Assembly (NCBI GenBank): GCA_963677925.2
Contig: CAXXYH010000004.1
Coordinates: 128,001 to 192,000, forward strand
DNA length: 64,000 nucleotides
Reading direction: 5' to 3'
Source: Spirochaetia bacterium
GTDB lineage: Bacteria > Spirochaetota > Spirochaetia > UBA9216
Position 1 is the stretch's first letter; each line of letters begins with the position of its first letter. Below the pieces are notes generated by a model, which searched no databases, was not told the origin of the DNA, and saw only the letters and a list, made by a program, of their open reading frames with translations. This document shows positions 38,495 through 48,724 of the stretch, one piece after another. A program made the translations under genes and the position numbers.

Positions 38495-39450
38495 TGAAGA
38501 CCTTACGCATTATTTTACTTTTCTTCACGGTTTCAATATCTGCCTTTGCTGATGACTATAAGATGGATGTTGATGCAGATTTAAAAATAGATTCAGGAAA
38601 TCTCTTTTATATATCCAGAGACAATCCTGCAGGAGAGGCAAGCTTAAGCGGAAACCTTAAGTTTACATTTGAATATAAAGAGTTTCTGGAAGCCGGCATC
38701 GAAATAAAGAATCTCGATGAACTTGATCTGTATGCATCCTGTGAGCTTAACAGCTACATCAGTTTCAGCATCTCAAATATAGAACCCGAGATTTTTCTGG
38801 ATGACATACTATCTTATAATGAAAGAAGTTTTTCAGATTCTATCACCTACCAGTCCTATAAGGATAATTATAAAGAGCAGATGGAAACTGTAAATTTTCA
38901 AATATTTAAAGAAGATATTAAATTTCCGGCGCTATCGTATTTTATTCAGGCGAATTTAAACGAGAATGACCTGATACCAAATCTTACGACAGGCATATCA
39001 TATAATTTCAGCAGCAATTTAAACTTTATCGGACTTGCCTATACATCAATTTTCTCGATTGACGATCTTGATGATTATGACGGCCTCGTAAATTTATACT
39101 ATATTAACCATGACAACAATTTATGTTTAGGCACAGAAATAGTCAGCGGAATTATGTTTAGTTCAGATAATAACGAAACTAAATACTGGACATCATTTAA
39201 TTCAGAGGCTTCTTACAAAATTCAGTTAAACGAAGATTTTATTTTATCACCTGCATTAAGGGCATCATATCATCTTGATGATATTAGCGACGCAGAAGAT
39301 TATCAGCTTGAATCTCTCATTGGTGTACATCTGTCTTACGCAGATCTTCTGCAGTTAAAACTTTATGGCGGCTCTCAATACAATAATACAGCAGTGAATA
39401 AATATACTCCGTCGGTTAATTTTGAAATGAAACTTTCACTTGAAAAATAG
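38494..39450 (+). CDS. exported protein, putative outer-membrane beta-barrel
   Basis: Signal peptide (SAFA/DD), amphipathic beta-strand pattern rich in aromatics. TAATG coupling to DUF4956. Confidence 0.6.
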   Translation: MKTLRIILLFFTVSISAFADDYKMDVDADLKIDSGNLFYISRDNPAGEASLSGNLKFTFEYKEFLEAGIEIKNLDELDLYASCELNSYISFSISNIEPEIFLDDILSYNERSFSDSITYQSYKDNYKEQMETVNFQIFKEDIKFPALSYFIQANLNENDLIPNLTTGISYNFSSNLNFIGLAYTSIFSIDDLDDYDGLVNLYYINHDNNLCLGTEIVSGIMFSSDNNETKYWTSFNSEASYKIQLNEDFILSPALRASYHLDDISDAEDYQLESLIGVHLSYADLLQLKLYGGSQYNNTAVNKYTPSVNFEMKLSLEK

Positions 39451-39476
39451 CAGTACATAGTACCGTATCCATTTTT

Positions 39477-39737
39477 TTACTGACCTATAGCCTTGCCTTT
39501 TTGCCACCAGTTGTCCTGTTTCTTCGCGGTCGCAAGATCTCTGTAAAGATCTTCGACCTTTTTTCTTGCCCAGGGAGTCTTTCTCAAGAATTTTAAACTT
39601 GATTTAACCGAAGGGTCAAAGTTGAAACAGTTTATCGTAATGTGAGCTCCCAGCTTTTCCCAGCCGAAATAGGAGACCAGTCTGTTAAGCATTATTTCGA
39701 GCGTAATCCCGTGCATCGGGTCGTTTGCTTCTTCCAC
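39477..39737 (-). CDS. VF530 (DUF2132) family protein
   Basis: [39 protein letters not shown]. Confidence 0.92.
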   Translation of the reverse strand: MEEANDPMHGITLEIMLNRLVSYFGWEKLGAHITINCFNFDPSVKSSLKFLRKTPWARKKVEDLYRDLATAKKQDNWWQKGKAIGQ

Positions 39738-39778
39738 AGTAAATAGTAACTTTTTTTTGGATATAAAGACAATACAAA

Positions 39779-40771
39779 CTACTGAAGAATTATATCTATA
39801 AACTGCTCCAGACTTAGCCCCTTGAAGTATCGATCTATATCAACTCCGCTCAAAGCCTTCTCCAGCGACTCTTTATTGTTTTTGACACCGGCAATCTTAT
39901 TAACAAGATCTGAGCTGTCATCAAGACTGAAGTAATCGCCCCTGCTGGTAAAATCTTTTATGACACCCTTTTCTACTTCCATAAAAAGCTGTATCTTTCC
40001 GCAGCCCTCAATCCGCCGCTCCTTGCGTATACTGTATGTGGGAGAACGCCCATAATTCCAGTCCCAGGCATCATACTTTTTCCGGAGCTCTTTTACCGAT
40101 TCCTTATCAGCTTCGGTCAGCTCATAGGTTTCCATATTATTTTCTTTAATCATGAACTGTCTGAGAATATTCTGGAAATCGCCTGTAGTCATTTCAGTTT
40201 TCAGATGTTCCTTTATATTTGTCACCCGGCTCCGGACAGATTTAATACCCTTTGACTCAACCTTGTCGGCAGAAACATTCAGGGCCTTTGTAAGAACCTC
40301 AAGATTTGAGTCAAACATCAGTGTACCATGATGCATTACCCGCTTTTTGCGCAGGTACTGGGCATTGCCGGAAAACTTTCTCCCGTCAATCACAATATCA
40401 TTTCTGCCGCTTATCTCAGCATTTACACCGATTGAGTTAAGGGCTTTGACTACAGGAATACAGAACGAAGCCAGATCTATTCCGCCCTGCGCTTTGGCAT
40501 CGGTGACGAATGTATAGTTAAGGTTGCCCAGATCATGATATACAGCTCCGCCGCCGGAGAGCCTCCGGGCAACATTGATTTTATGCTCCTCAACGAAGGG
40601 AAGATTGATTTCTTCTATTGTATTCTGATGCTTGCCGATAATTATGGAATTATCGTTCTGCCAGAGCATGAAATATTCGTTATCTTTGGGAAGCTCGTTG
40701 AATACATATTCTTCCAAAGCGAGATTGTAATACGGATCAGTCTGATCACTTTCAAGGTATAACATTGCCAT
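39779..40771 (-). CDS. lplA: lipoate-protein ligase A
   Basis: [44 protein letters not shown]. Confidence 0.95.
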   Translation of the reverse strand: MAMLYLESDQTDPYYNLALEEYVFNELPKDNEYFMLWQNDNSIIIGKHQNTIEEINLPFVEEHKINVARRLSGGGAVYHDLGNLNYTFVTDAKAQGGIDLASFCIPVVKALNSIGVNAEISGRNDIVIDGRKFSGNAQYLRKKRVMHHGTLMFDSNLEVLTKALNVSADKVESKGIKSVRSRVTNIKEHLKTEMTTGDFQNILRQFMIKENNMETYELTEADKESVKELRKKYDAWDWNYGRSPTYSIRKERRIEGCGKIQLFMEVEKGVIKDFTSRGDYFSLDDSSDLVNKIAGVKNNKESLEKALSGVDIDRYFKGLSLEQFIDIILQ

Positions 40772-41747
40772 GGCTTATATTAGCACATGAATCCGGATTA
40801 TTCACCGGAAACTTTGGGCTTCTGCTGTGTAAAACATTCCAAATGTCCTGAGCGGCAAACAGTTCCATTCGATCTATTGATTCCACTGTCGATGGCGCAC
40901 AGTGCGGAGAAATAATTACATCTTTTCTTTTTAAAATCGGATTTGCGGGGTTCGTCGGCTCCTGCTCAAAAACATCCAGCCCTGCACCTGCAATCATCTT
41001 CTCATCCAGAGCATGAAGCAGAGCCGCCTCATCCACCAGCCCGCCGCGTGCGGCATTTATAAAAAAAGCCCCGGGCTTCATCCTTCGGAACTGCTCAAGA
41101 CCAATTGAATGATAAGTGGAATCAGTTAAAGGCTGATGTATACTAACAAAATCGGATCTTTCTAAGATGTCATTTAAATTATCAAGAAGACAGACCCCTT
41201 CCGGAATAAGTTCAGGCTTGATGTAGGGATCATATGCTAAGACCTGCATATCAAAACCATTTTTAGCTTTTTGAGCAACGAGGGTTCCAATATGACCGCA
41301 TCCAATTATACCGAGAACTTTATCCCGGAGTTCAATATTTCTTTTTACTTTTCTAATTTCAAAATTACCGGCAGCTGCCGCCTCCGCCATAATATTAGCG
41401 TTCTTTGCACATGCAAGCATGAGATACATTGTATGCTCGGCCACGGCATTTGAGTTTGCCGTACCGGAATTTGTAACGTAAATACCCTTTTCAGCAGCAT
41501 AATCAATATCAATATTTTCATAACCTGCACTGAAATTGCTTATAACTTTTAACCTGTAGGCTTTATCAAGAAGCTCACTTCCGAAAAAAGGGCCCTTTAT
41601 ACCTCCGGATAAAACAGCATCGAAGTCCATAATCTTAGTTCTGATTTTATCCTCTGAAGATTCAATTACAACCTCGCATCCTTTATCTTTTAGAAACTCA
41701 ACTCCCGAACCGGATACAACCGTAGTTATAAGAATATTATAACCCAT
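40752..41747 (-). CDS. D-isomer-specific 2-hydroxyacid dehydrogenase
   Basis: AVAEH, GIIGCGHIG, NAARG, LDVFEQEP, SPHCA. Start set at MGYNILI. Confidence 0.92.
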   Translation of the reverse strand: MGYNILITTVVSGSGVEFLKDKGCEVVIESSEDKIRTKIMDFDAVLSGGIKGPFFGSELLDKAYRLKVISNFSAGYENIDIDYAAEKGIYVTNSGTANSNAVAEHTMYLMLACAKNANIMAEAAAAGNFEIRKVKRNIELRDKVLGIIGCGHIGTLVAQKAKNGFDMQVLAYDPYIKPELIPEGVCLLDNLNDILERSDFVSIHQPLTDSTYHSIGLEQFRRMKPGAFFINAARGGLVDEAALLHALDEKMIAGAGLDVFEQEPTNPANPILKRKDVIISPHCAPSTVESIDRMELFAAQDIWNVLHSRSPKFPVNNPDSCANISHGNVIP

Positions 41748-42282
41748 ATAAATATCTCTTGAGATCTGAGACTGATGGCAGGTCTCCAACATTTTTTGAA
41801 TAATGCACAAACTTTATGACTCTGTTTTCATTCAGCAGTATTACAGCCGGCAGCTGAAGGGGATCTCCGCTGTCAGCCCCATGAATGTATCCTAGGCCCC
41901 TTGCAATATTTAATACATCATCTGTATCAGGAGCAGAAAGAGCCTCTTTAGACAGTGCAGGTGTTACTCCGAAATAATTATACAGATGTTTATCAATATC
42001 ACAGATGATGGGAAAACTAAAATTTCTGACTGAAGTCTTATCTTTCATCTCTCCCTGAGAGGTCTGCAGCACAACGGCTACCCTAAATTCATCACTCTTA
42101 AGTTTATTATAATCTGAATCAATAACACCAAGCTGATATTGTGTAAGTATACATCCGTAAAATCTGTGGAAAATCAAGAAGATTGATTTCCCATCCATCA
42201 ACTCAGATAATTTTACACATTTTAAGGGTAAATCAATTTGGAAATCGGGAATTATCTCACCGGGCTTCAATCTTCGGATCAT
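41737..42282 (-). CDS. peroxiredoxin-like (AhpC/TSA-2) protein
   Basis: FHRFYGCILTQ, FPIICD..LYNYFGV, QLPAVIL..KFVHY. Confidence 0.75.
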   Translation of the reverse strand: MIRRLKPGEIIPDFQIDLPLKCVKLSELMDGKSIFLIFHRFYGCILTQYQLGVIDSDYNKLKSDEFRVAVVLQTSQGEMKDKTSVRNFSFPIICDIDKHLYNYFGVTPALSKEALSAPDTDDVLNIARGLGYIHGADSGDPLQLPAVILLNENRVIKFVHYSKNVGDLPSVSDLKRYLYGL

Positions 42283-42351
42283 TAAGTATCTCCAGGAATA
42301 TTATAGATTCCATGAAATGATTTCGTTTTCATGGAATCTTTTAATATTAAA

Positions 42352-43122
42352 TCAGTGAAGATGAATCTCACAATTCATTTCTTCTGCCATTTCATCCCAA
42401 TGCTTCATTCGTCTTTTCAGCTCTTTTTTGCTTTCTTCATCTTCCCTGAATGCGATAGCTGTCCAGGGCATTTCATCAAGAGCAGTTACAACTTCATCAA
42501 TTTTATTGAAGGGGATCGAAATCATTCTTAATCCAGGAGCGAAGGCCTTTCTTCGTTTAAGACCGTGATAGTATCCGGTCGTTATGTGATTGACCTTGCC
42601 GGAAATATAAGGATAGGCATACATCCAGGCGCAGCTTAGCACCGGAGTAGATTTTGACTCCCACAGATCCCCTGAAATATATGATGTAGCACGCATAATT
42701 ATCTCAGCCTTCTCCAGCTCTGCAAATACTACAATTAAATCAGGGTCAAAATCACAAATGCTTACCGGAGAAAAAACTACATAATTCACTGTATTAGGTT
42801 CGATGATAGGCAGCTGAGAATAAAGTTTCTGATTCGGCGCTGGCGTTTTATACATTTCAAAATCATACCCGGCCTGCCCTGAGGCTGTAATGGGAGGTTT
42901 TGGGATCATGCCCAAAGCAACCTGTCCGTAACAGGCATCATTATCTTTTGTTACAAAAAACTGTTCACCCGAATCCTGACACTCTTTTACAAACTGACAA
43001 AATGCCAGTTTCTTGTCGGTCTGTTTAATTTTTTCCGGTTTTACCGGAAGATATTTTATTGCTACAGCCGGAATATTCAATTCAAGCTTATTAAATATTT
43101 CTTTCGCTTTATCGCTTAACAT
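42352..43122 (-). CDS. DUF169 domain protein
   Basis: PAVAIKY, FCQFV, ACYG, FDPDLIVVFA, SCAW. Confidence 0.85.
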   Translation of the reverse strand: MLSDKAKEIFNKLELNIPAVAIKYLPVKPEKIKQTDKKLAFCQFVKECQDSGEQFFVTKDNDACYGQVALGMIPKPPITASGQAGYDFEMYKTPAPNQKLYSQLPIIEPNTVNYVVFSPVSICDFDPDLIVVFAELEKAEIIMRATSYISGDLWESKSTPVLSCAWMYAYPYISGKVNHITTGYYHGLKRRKAFAPGLRMISIPFNKIDEVVTALDEMPWTAIAFREDEESKKELKRRMKHWDEMAEEMNCEIHLH

Positions 43123-43201
43123 ATATAGTCCTTTTTCTTAAAACAAATTTCGGGCTATTTTCCGAAAAGTGAGTTTTAGATTTAATCTTTAGTTTAAAAG
43201 A

Positions 43202-43254
43202 TCAGGTCAGATGCTGATGGTTTACTTTATAAGTTTCACCAGCAGTTGACCTGA
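43202..43254. terminator. long hairpin downstream of dctM
   Basis: TCAGGTCA..TGCTG / CAGCA..TGACCTGA inverted repeat. Confidence 0.5.
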
Positions 43255-43258
43255 CAGC

Positions 43259-44536
43259 TTATTTTAATACGGCAACCAGGAATTCAGACATCCAGGGCGA
43301 AAAGCCTACGAGAATCAAAGCTGCAATCATTGCAAGAACAAACGGAAGAGCGGCTTTTATAATTTTATCTGAAGACAGCCCTGTCATAGTCTGGGCAACA
43401 AATATATTTGCACAAACCGGCGGCGTAACAAATGCAATTGAGAGAGCCAGAATCATTATCACTCCAAAATGAAGTGTGCTGATTCCAACCGAATTAGCAA
43501 CAGCAAGAAGTACAGGTGAGAAAATTACTATTGCAGGTGTAGTTTGAACGAACATTCCGATTAAAAACAGAATTCCAAAAATAAACAGAAGTATAATTCC
43601 GGGGCTCGTGGAAATCCCCAGGAAGAAGCCGGTAATAGTTTTTGTAACACCCAAATATGCAAAAACTGTACCCAGAGCAGCTGCAGGCGCTACAGTCAGC
43701 ATCATACCGCCATTAAAGGTTGTGGTATCCTTGAACATTTTCCATAATCCTGCAAACGTAACTTCCTTATACACAAAAACACCAACAATGATACCGTATA
43801 CGGTAGCAACTACAGCAGCTTCGGTCGCGGTAAAAATACCAGCATATATACCGCCGAGAATTATAATCGGCATAAGCAGTGCGAGCTTTGCACTCCATAT
43901 AGCTTTTGCTGCTTTCTTCACCGATACCTTATGTGTTCCTTTTAGTCCGTGCTTCCTGGCATATACATAATTAACAATCATCAGCATAAGACCGACAACA
44001 ACAGCCGGTACAATTCCAGCAATAAAGAGATCTCCTATAGATTCATTGTTTGTTATTCCATATATGACCATCGGATAACTTGGGGGTACAATTATTCCCA
44101 GACCTCCGGCTACAGCACATAGGCCTGTTGCATAGTGCTTATCATATCCTGCTCTTACCATCTCTGGAATCATAATAATTCCGATTGCGGCTACCGTAGC
44201 GACAGCGGATCCTGATACAGCACCGAAAAACATACAGGAAAGTATTGCAACCATTCCGAGGCTGCCTGTTACATTTCCGATCAAAGAATTAGCTACATTT
44301 ACAAGACGTTTAGAAATGCCTCCTATATCCATAATATTTCCGCATATCATGAAAAAAGGAAGAGCTATCATAGTAAATGAAGCTGTACCGTTATAGAGAG
44401 TCTGCGCGATGAACTCCGGTGAAGTAATGGGATTCATAAGGAGTAAAACAAAGGTCGGCAATATCAGGCTGATACCGATAGGCACCCCTATTGCGAACAA
44501 TACAAACATTAAAATAAACATAATTGCAACTGACAT
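43259..44536 (-). CDS. dctM: TRAP transporter large permease
   Basis: ALPFF, SGSAVAT, IIVPPS, FTATEAA, TPPV. Confidence 0.95.
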   Translation of the reverse strand: MSVAIMFILMFVLFAIGVPIGISLILPTFVLLLMNPITSPEFIAQTLYNGTASFTMIALPFFMICGNIMDIGGISKRLVNVANSLIGNVTGSLGMVAILSCMFFGAVSGSAVATVAAIGIIMIPEMVRAGYDKHYATGLCAVAGGLGIIVPPSYPMVIYGITNNESIGDLFIAGIVPAVVVGLMLMIVNYVYARKHGLKGTHKVSVKKAAKAIWSAKLALLMPIIILGGIYAGIFTATEAAVVATVYGIIVGVFVYKEVTFAGLWKMFKDTTTFNGGMMLTVAPAAALGTVFAYLGVTKTITGFFLGISTSPGIILLFIFGILFLIGMFVQTTPAIVIFSPVLLAVANSVGISTLHFGVIMILALSIAFVTPPVCANIFVAQTMTGLSSDKIIKAALPFVLAMIAALILVGFSPWMSEFLVAVLK

Positions 44537-45090
44537 TAGTTCGCACCTCCCTGTTCTTTTTCCAGTTCGTCAAAATTTATTGCAGGTACAGATGCACCTA
44601 TTTCTTTTTCCTGTTCATGAACCAATCTATAGATATCGTAAATAAGTTTTATACTTGAAATTGTCAGCATCAAGGGGATAAAGCCGTAGCTAAGCCGTTT
44701 TGGAAAATCCAAAATAGGAGAAGAAGCGTTTCCAAGGCCTTCAATGATATTTAAAAATGGAAACACTATATAAGTATTAAACCCGATGAATATAACATCA
44801 CTGATAATTAAAAGTATTTTTTTTACTTTAAACGGAACCGCATTCAATAAAGCATCGATTCGTAAATGTTTACGGTATGTGACTGCACTCGAAATTCCGA
44901 GATAGGTCATCCATAAAAACATTATTATTCCCAGTTCTTCGGTCCAGGTAATTGAATGCTTAAAAAGATACCTGCTGACAACCTGTACAGTCAGCAACAG
45001 CATAATAAAGATAAACAATACTGCACCAAGATATTTATCGATATTCGCTACATATTTTAACCACTTAAGGTTAAATTGTTTTTCCTTCAT
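44536..45090 (-). CDS. dctQ: TRAP transporter small permease
   Basis: QVVSRY..WTEEL..HLRID, 4 TM segments. Confidence 0.93.
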   Translation of the reverse strand: MKEKQFNLKWLKYVANIDKYLGAVLFIFIMLLLTVQVVSRYLFKHSITWTEELGIIMFLWMTYLGISSAVTYRKHLRIDALLNAVPFKVKKILLIISDVIFIGFNTYIVFPFLNIIEGLGNASSPILDFPKRLSYGFIPLMLTISSIKLIYDIYRLVHEQEKEIGASVPAINFDELEKEQGGAN

Positions 45091-45114
45091 TGTAATAATC
45101 CTTCAATGATTACA

Positions 45115-45151
45115 AAAAGTGTGCAGTATTAAACCATACTGCACACTCTTT
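45115..45151 (-). terminator. hairpin between dctP and dctQ
   Basis: AGTGTGCAGTAT..ATACTGCACACT flanked by A/T runs. Confidence 0.65.
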
Positions 45152-45179
45152 TAATTAAATATAGTCAATATATCTTATT

Positions 45180-46256
45180 TTATTTTTCAGCTGCTTCAAC
45201 AGTTTCCAATAATGCATTATACCTGGCTTCACCCATCAGCTTTTCTGCATCTGTCCAGGCCTTTGATGCTGCAGCTCTAAAAGCCTTACTCTCACTGATA
45301 GTAGGTTCATAGATTTCAACACCTTCACCCCGAAGTAAATCAGCATATTCTTCTTCAGTACTGGCTGCAGCTATACGGCTGGCTTCTTTACATGCCAGAC
45401 TTGCAGCGTCTACTGCAGCCTTCTGGTTATCAGAAAGATCATCATAAACCTTTTTGTTCATAAATATAAATGTTGAAGTAAATGAATGTCTCGAGAGTGT
45501 CGCATAAGACTGAACTTCATACAGCTTGTTACTGTAAATTGTAGACAGTGGATTTTCCTGAGCATCAACCAGGTGCTGCTGCAGAGCGCTGTATAATTCA
45601 GAGAAAGGTGTAGGAGTAACTGTTGCACCCAAAGCTTCCATAGCTGCGATCTGAAGTTTGTCATTCATGGTTCTAATCTTCAGGCCTTTCATATCAGCCG
45701 GACTTTTAATCGGTTTTTTTGAGTTTGTAATATTACGGAAACCAATATCCATATAGGCTAATGCTTTTATGGATGGAACATCTGCTTCCAGCTTTTTCAT
45801 CATCTGTTCGCCTATTTCACCATCCATAACTGCGTGAACACTGTCAAAGCCTGAATACAGATAGGGAACATTAAGTTCAGCAAAGGCATCTGTATATTCA
45901 GCCCAGTTTCCGGTAGCAAAATGAGAAACTTCAAAACCACCTGTCTGAATTCCATTTACTGTTTCATCTGCTTTCTTTGCAAGCATAGCATCTGAGAAAA
46001 CTTTCACTTCAATCGTCCCGTTTGACTCTTCCTGTACAGTCCTGACCCAGGTATTCAGCCCTCTTGCCATTGAAGTATTATCTGCATCAAGCTCCTTTTG
46101 AGTAACAATAGTAGACAGCCTGAGTTTGACAACTTTCTCTGTATTATCCTGCGCCTGAGAATCGGCAGGAGCCTCTTTTTTCGCACATCCTGATACAAAA
46201 ACTAGTAATAAAACCGCGATCAAACTTAATGCAGTAAATTTTTTGTTGAATTTCAT
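45180..46256 (-). CDS. dctP: TRAP substrate-binding lipoprotein
   Basis: Lipobox VSGC, GFRNITN, MKGLKIRT, ELYSALQ..VDAQENP. Confidence 0.95.
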   Translation of the reverse strand: MKFNKKFTALSLIAVLLLVFVSGCAKKEAPADSQAQDNTEKVVKLRLSTIVTQKELDADNTSMARGLNTWVRTVQEESNGTIEVKVFSDAMLAKKADETVNGIQTGGFEVSHFATGNWAEYTDAFAELNVPYLYSGFDSVHAVMDGEIGEQMMKKLEADVPSIKALAYMDIGFRNITNSKKPIKSPADMKGLKIRTMNDKLQIAAMEALGATVTPTPFSELYSALQQHLVDAQENPLSTIYSNKLYEVQSYATLSRHSFTSTFIFMNKKVYDDLSDNQKAAVDAASLACKEASRIAAASTEEEYADLLRGEGVEIYEPTISESKAFRAAASKAWTDAEKLMGEARYNALLETVEAAEK

Positions 46257-46320
46257 TAACCTCTCCTAAATTTTTTGAAGATCCATAGTCTCAAGGTCTT
46301 ACCTATTAACCACAGATGTC

Positions 46321-46336
46321 TACTTGTATAACAACC
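46321..46336. promoter_or_regulatory. putative GntR/FadR operator (dctP side)
   Basis: TACTTGTATAACAACC, identical to 47332-47347. A related site TACTTGTATTACAGT lies at 46467. Confidence 0.7.
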
Positions 46337-46523
46337 TAACCATCTAACACATATTAGCATACATTTTTTATAAGTCAAATTTTTTCATAAATATTTTCAT
46401 CTGCCTAAAAGTGGACCTTGTTATAAAAACACTTTAACTTGCAAAATAAAGTAAATTCTGTAATGATACTTGTATTACAGTCAGATAGATTAACATATCA
46501 ACAGGACTGAAGGAGCTAGTTCA

Positions 46524-47231
46524 TTGGCTAAAATTGTAAAATCTAACTTAATTGATAAAATATTTGATTATATAACTGAACAAATTCTATCAGGGAACTG
46601 GAAGGCCAACACGAAAATACCTTCGGAAACCGAATTAGCAGAAACCTTGGGTGTCAGCAGAATGTCTCTCAGAATGGCAATTCAAAAATCAAACGTACTC
46701 GGCTTAACAGAAACCCTTGTAGGAGAAGGTACCTTTGTAAGAGATTTTAATATGCGAAGTTATTTCAATGAACTTTATAATTCTAAAATTCTGACAAAAG
46801 ACTATAATGTAATAAATGACTTCCGAATGATTCTTCAGATAGGAAGTATACGCCTTGCGTTTGAAAAAGACTCATACGGGAAAGGAGTCAAAGAACTGGA
46901 GAAAATATACTCTGCAATGGAAACTGCAGCTGCAGATGATGATGTTGAAAAATTTAATTCTCTGGATGCTCAATTCCACCAGACAGTCTGCGGGCTTTCC
47001 GACAATCTGCTTATGACAATGCTGTATGATGCTATCCACCACAGTTTCAATGAAGCTATGGCCCAGAACCTGCAGCGTTCTGTAAAAGATTCAGGTTCTT
47101 ATGAGAATGTCCTGAGGTTTCATAAAACAATGCTTGATGGCATCAAAGAAAAAGATATTCAAAAATGTATCGAAATGGAAATGGAATCAAGAGTTCGTTC
47201 ATATCGATATTATAAAAAGATGTCAGAATAA
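46524..47231 (+). CDS. GntR/FadR family regulator
   Basis: KIPSETELAETLGVSRMSLR, GEGTFV, FCD domain DAQFH..N. Confidence 0.93.
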   Translation: MAKIVKSNLIDKIFDYITEQILSGNWKANTKIPSETELAETLGVSRMSLRMAIQKSNVLGLTETLVGEGTFVRDFNMRSYFNELYNSKILTKDYNVINDFRMILQIGSIRLAFEKDSYGKGVKELEKIYSAMETAAADDDVEKFNSLDAQFHQTVCGLSDNLLMTMLYDAIHHSFNEAMAQNLQRSVKDSGSYENVLRFHKTMLDGIKEKDIQKCIEMEMESRVRSYRYYKKMSE

Positions 47232-47303
47232 GATCTCCTGGTCATAGTCACTGTACTTCAAAAACATTTTAACTCCAAAATAAGTTTCAAAATTAAATTT
47301 ATG

Positions 47304-47355
47304 TTGACATGAATCAAATCGAGTATTAGTATACTTGTATAACAACCATACAAGT
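47304..47355 (+). promoter_or_regulatory. sigma70 promoter with overlapping GntR operator
   Basis: TTGACA-17-TAGTAT (47304-47332), followed by palindrome ACTTGTAT-N7-ATACAAGT (47333-47355). Confidence 0.72.
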
Positions 47356-47415
47356 GGCTATATTTTAACAGACCACAGCCATCTGAAAATTTCACGTTTA
47401 AGGGAAAGATTTAAG

Positions 47416-48606
47416 ATGAAAATTACAAGTATCGATGTATTCGAACTGAATCCTAACGTTATGGGAGGAGTTATCTGTGTAAGAATAAACACAGATAAAG
47501 GAATCTCAGGCTTTGGAGAAGTAGGCTTATCATACGGAAAAGCACATTATGCCGGTGTTGGGATTGCGAGAGATTTTGGTGCTCTTCTCATCGGTATGGA
47601 TCCAAGAAAGATTGAAGCTATCTGGGAACATATATTCCGGACAACATTCTGGGGAATGGGCGGCGGTACCGTAATCAACGCGGGTATCAGTGCTATCGAC
47701 ACAGCACTCTGGGATATCAAAGGTAAAGCCCTGGGGGTTCCCGTCTATGAACTGCTGGGCGGTAAAACAAACGAGAAAATAAGAACCTATGCAAGCCAGC
47801 TGCAGTTTGACTGGGATGAGGAACACCGCTTCCTTACTGAACCTGAGCAGTATGCTGAAGCAACCCGAAAGGCAATGGCTGAAGGATATACAGCTATTAA
47901 AGTTGATCCGATAGGAGTTACAGCTGACGGAAAGTGGGCCCGGGAAGCGACTAACCCGGACTGGAAAATGAGGGGAAAACTCTCCAATGAAATGATCCAG
48001 ACTGCATACAACAGAACTGCTGCCATGAGGGAAGCAGGAGGGCCGGATCTGGATATAATTATTGAACTGCATTCTTTCACTGATACAATTACTGCAATTC
48101 AGCTTGGTCAGGCTCTTGAAGATCTGAATATTTATTATTATGAAGAACCCGTTCATCCGCTGAATGCAATCTCAATGCTTGAGATTCATAATAATGTAAA
48201 TATTCCCATAGCAAGCGGGGAAAGAATCTACACCCGATGGGGTTTCAGGGATTTCCTTGAAAAAAGAGCCATTCAGGTTATTCAGCCGGATCTTTGTATC
48301 ACCGGTGGAATAACAGAAACCAAGAAAATCTGTGATATGGCAAATACATATGACTGCGGTGTACAGCTTCATATCTGCGGGGGACCGATTGCTACTGCAG
48401 CTTCACTCCAGGTAGAAGCTGTTATTCCCAACTTCCTGATTCATGAGCTTCATGAAGGGGCTTTAAAGAAGGGAATGCGTGAACTCTGCGTACATGATTA
48501 CATGCCTGAAAACGGATTTTACGAAGTTCCGGATCTTCCCGGAATCGGTCAGGAACTTACTGAAAAGGCAATGTCTGAAGCCGTCAATGTTTATACTATA
48601 AAATAG
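47416..48606 (+). CDS. mandelate racemase/muconate lactonizing enzyme family protein (acid-sugar dehydratase-like)
   Basis: SAIDTALWDIKGK, IKVDP, IELH, YEEP, SGER, QPD, HICGGP, PGIG. Start set at MKITSI. Confidence 0.92.
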   Translation: MKITSIDVFELNPNVMGGVICVRINTDKGISGFGEVGLSYGKAHYAGVGIARDFGALLIGMDPRKIEAIWEHIFRTTFWGMGGGTVINAGISAIDTALWDIKGKALGVPVYELLGGKTNEKIRTYASQLQFDWDEEHRFLTEPEQYAEATRKAMAEGYTAIKVDPIGVTADGKWAREATNPDWKMRGKLSNEMIQTAYNRTAAMREAGGPDLDIIIELHSFTDTITAIQLGQALEDLNIYYYEEPVHPLNAISMLEIHNNVNIPIASGERIYTRWGFRDFLEKRAIQVIQPDLCITGGITETKKICDMANTYDCGVQLHICGGPIATAASLQVEAVIPNFLIHELHEGALKKGMRELCVHDYMPENGFYEVPDLPGIGQELTEKAMSEAVNVYTIK

Positions 48607-48650
48607 AAGAAATTAAGGTAAAACAGTATAAGCCTAAATATTTCAGCAAG

Positions 48651-48682
48651 AAGGAGAGCAACTAACCTGCTCTCCTTTTTTT
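48651..48682 (+). terminator. intrinsic terminator
   Basis: AAGGAGAGCA-N7-TGCTCTCCTTTTTTT. Confidence 0.8.
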
Positions 48683-48724
48683 GAGTCCATTATCAACCGA
48701 CAGGCTGTATCAGTATTATGCAAA

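Noticed and set aside
41737-42282. Selenoprotein (Sec-containing Prx-like)
   Set aside because: The active-site codons read GGA TGT ATA CTT ACA, with no in-frame TGA.
47530-48156. 208-aa minus-strand ORF
   Set aside because: Antisense shadow of the enolase-superfamily gene.
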